Source: Mycobacterium tuberculosis H37Rv (GTDB lineage Bacteria; Actinomycetota; Actinomycetes; Mycobacteriales; Mycobacteriaceae). Taken from it: DNA of 32,000 nt. A program made the position numbers and the translations under genes. Positions 28,294 through 32,000 of this stretch are shown one piece after another. The DNA lies in the NCBI RefSeq assembly GCF_000195955.2, contig NC_000962.3, positions 1,770,001 to 1,802,000 of the forward strand, read 5' to 3'. Position 1 is the first letter of the stretch. Each line of letters begins with the position of its first letter. A model generated the notes under the pieces. That model searched no databases. It saw only the letters and a list, made by a program, of their open reading frames with translations, and was not told the DNA's origin.

Positions 28294-29052
28294 GTGGCGC
28301 GAACGTTCGAAGATCTCGTGGCCGAAGCCGCATCAGCATCCGTCGGCGGCTGGGGTTTTTCCTGGTTGGACGGCCGCGCGACCGAAGAACGCCCGTCATG
28401 GGGCTATCAACGACAACTCAGTCAGCGGCTGGCGAACGCGACGGCTGCCTTAGATCTTGAGACAGGCGGCGGAGAGGTGCTAGCCGGCGCGGGCAACTTC
28501 CCGCCCACCATGGTCGCTACCGAAGCGTGGCCACCCAACGCGGCTATGGCCACTAGGCGGCTGCATCCGCTGGGCGCGGTCGTCGTCATCACCGGCGATA
28601 AACCGCCACTGCCCTTTGCCGATGCGGCGTTTGACCTGGTGACCAGCCGCCACCCCAGCACCCGATGGTGGACCGAGATTGCCCGGGTTCTCCGGGCTGG
28701 CGGCAGTTACTTCGCCCAACACGTCGGACCGGCCACGCTGTGGGACCTGCGCGAGCATTTCCTCGGGCCGCGAGAACACAACGGGGCCGATCAGTACGCG
28801 CAGGTTGTGCGCACCTGCATCACCGACGCCGGCCTCGAGATCGTCGACCTGCAGATGGAGCGGTTGCGGGTGGAATTCTTCGACGTCGGTGCCGTCATCT
28901 ACTTTCTGCGCAAGGTGATCTGGTTTCTGCCGGACTTCACCGTCGAGGGCTACCACGATCGGCTGCGTGCACTGCATGAGCGCATCCAGGCCGAAGGGCC
29001 CTTCGTCACCTACTCCACCCGCGCGCTCATCGAGGCCCGCAAACCGTCCTGA
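28294..29052 (+). CDS. SAM-dependent methyltransferase-like protein (Rv1597-like)
   Basis: 252 aa from GTG 28294; LDLETGGGEVLAGAG motif I, DAAFDLVTSRHP, ARVLRAGGSYFAQHVG. Confidence 0.88.
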   Translation: MARTFEDLVAEAASASVGGWGFSWLDGRATEERPSWGYQRQLSQRLANATAALDLETGGGEVLAGAGNFPPTMVATEAWPPNAAMATRRLHPLGAVVVITGDKPPLPFADAAFDLVTSRHPSTRWWTEIARVLRAGGSYFAQHVGPATLWDLREHFLGPREHNGADQYAQVVRTCITDAGLEIVDLQMERLRVEFFDVGAVIYFLRKVIWFLPDFTVEGYHDRLRALHERIQAEGPFVTYSTRALIEARKPS

Positions 29053-29072
29053 CGTCGGCCGGGGCCTTAGGC

Positions 29073-29483
29073 TCAGGCGATATCGCCGACGAAGACCCCG
29101 ATCCGGCGCAGCTGCAAGCGCGCCATCCGCGGCAGCCCCTGACCGTCGGAGCCGGCGGGCACAATCCGGGGGTTGATGACGTGAACAACGCCGCGGGCGA
29201 AGTGCACGTCGGCTTCGCCCGCGGCCAACACGTTCTTGACCCAATCCGTCTTACCGTGCGCGAGCGCGATCGCCAGCACACCGTCCTTGCGGTAGGCGGT
29301 CACAATCGTTTGGTATGGCTTTCCAGACTTGCGACCGCGGTGCTCGATCGTGGCCGTTCCGGGTAGGTAGCGCGCTATCGGTTTGAGCGCCCGGTTGATG
29401 TACTTGACCTGCAGACGCTCGAGCCAGAGCGGGAACACCATCGGAACGCCCGGGGCGTTATTCGGGTGATCCTTTGCGGACAT
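29073..29483 (-). CDS. Deazaflavin (F420)-dependent nitroreductase family protein (Rv1598c-like)
   Basis: 136 aa; [64 protein letters not shown], typical of DUF385/Ddn family. Confidence 0.85.
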   Translation of the reverse strand: MSAKDHPNNAPGVPMVFPLWLERLQVKYINRALKPIARYLPGTATIEHRGRKSGKPYQTIVTAYRKDGVLAIALAHGKTDWVKNVLAAGEADVHFARGVVHVINPRIVPAGSDGQGLPRMARLQLRRIGVFVGDIA

Positions 29484-29582
29484 GGCGGCTCCTCTTTGCC
29501 GGTCCTTTCTACTGCACTGTACCGGTCAGATATCGACTTGAGCTGCTCTGGGAGAATGGTCTACGTGACCGCGCCGCCGCCC

Positions 29583-32000
<2,418 letters not shown>

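Noticed and set aside
28480-29244. 254-aa minus-strand ORF antisense to the methyltransferase
   Set aside because: Shadow ORF, no domain-like sequence; the plus-strand product is clearly methyltransferase-like.

Overview
The window has the gene order and protein sequences I recall for the Mycobacterium tuberculosis complex chromosome, roughly the Rv1564c to Rv1600 region. This identification comes from recognising the encoded proteins; no database search was run. Left to right: the 5' part of treX/glgX (-), a membrane acyltransferase with a C-terminal SGNH-like domain (-), ripD-type NlpC/P60 protein (-), a small membrane protein (-), the biotin operon bioA-bioF1-bioD plus a 2H phosphoesterase (+), and a ~9.25 kb phiRv1-type prophage. 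The prophage (about 9267-18525) is bounded by a 12 bp direct repeat, GGTTGGCCGTGG, and sits inside a REP13E12-family HNH/DUF222 repeat that also carries its own frameshift. Next come bioB, a bioB-linked small Cys protein (Rv1590/bsaP) and Rv1591, a lipase-like protein (-), a NrtR-like Nudix regulator (-) divergent from nadA-nadB-nadC, a methyltransferase, a deazaflavin-dependent nitroreductase-family protein (-), hisD, and the start of hisC1. The most unusual structure is inside the prophage just past the left att site. Three tandem, frame-shifted copies of a ~260 bp HTH-coding module each carry a long palindrome centred on CCATGG, and a fourth palindrome (32 bp, perfect) precedes them. Palindrome arms differ between copies in a compensatory way. 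Other findings are a likely unannotated 71-aa zinc-ribbon gene that fills a gap between two phage genes, putative NrtR and BioQ-like operators, a RipD pseudo-active site, and the satellite-like minimal gene content of the prophage.
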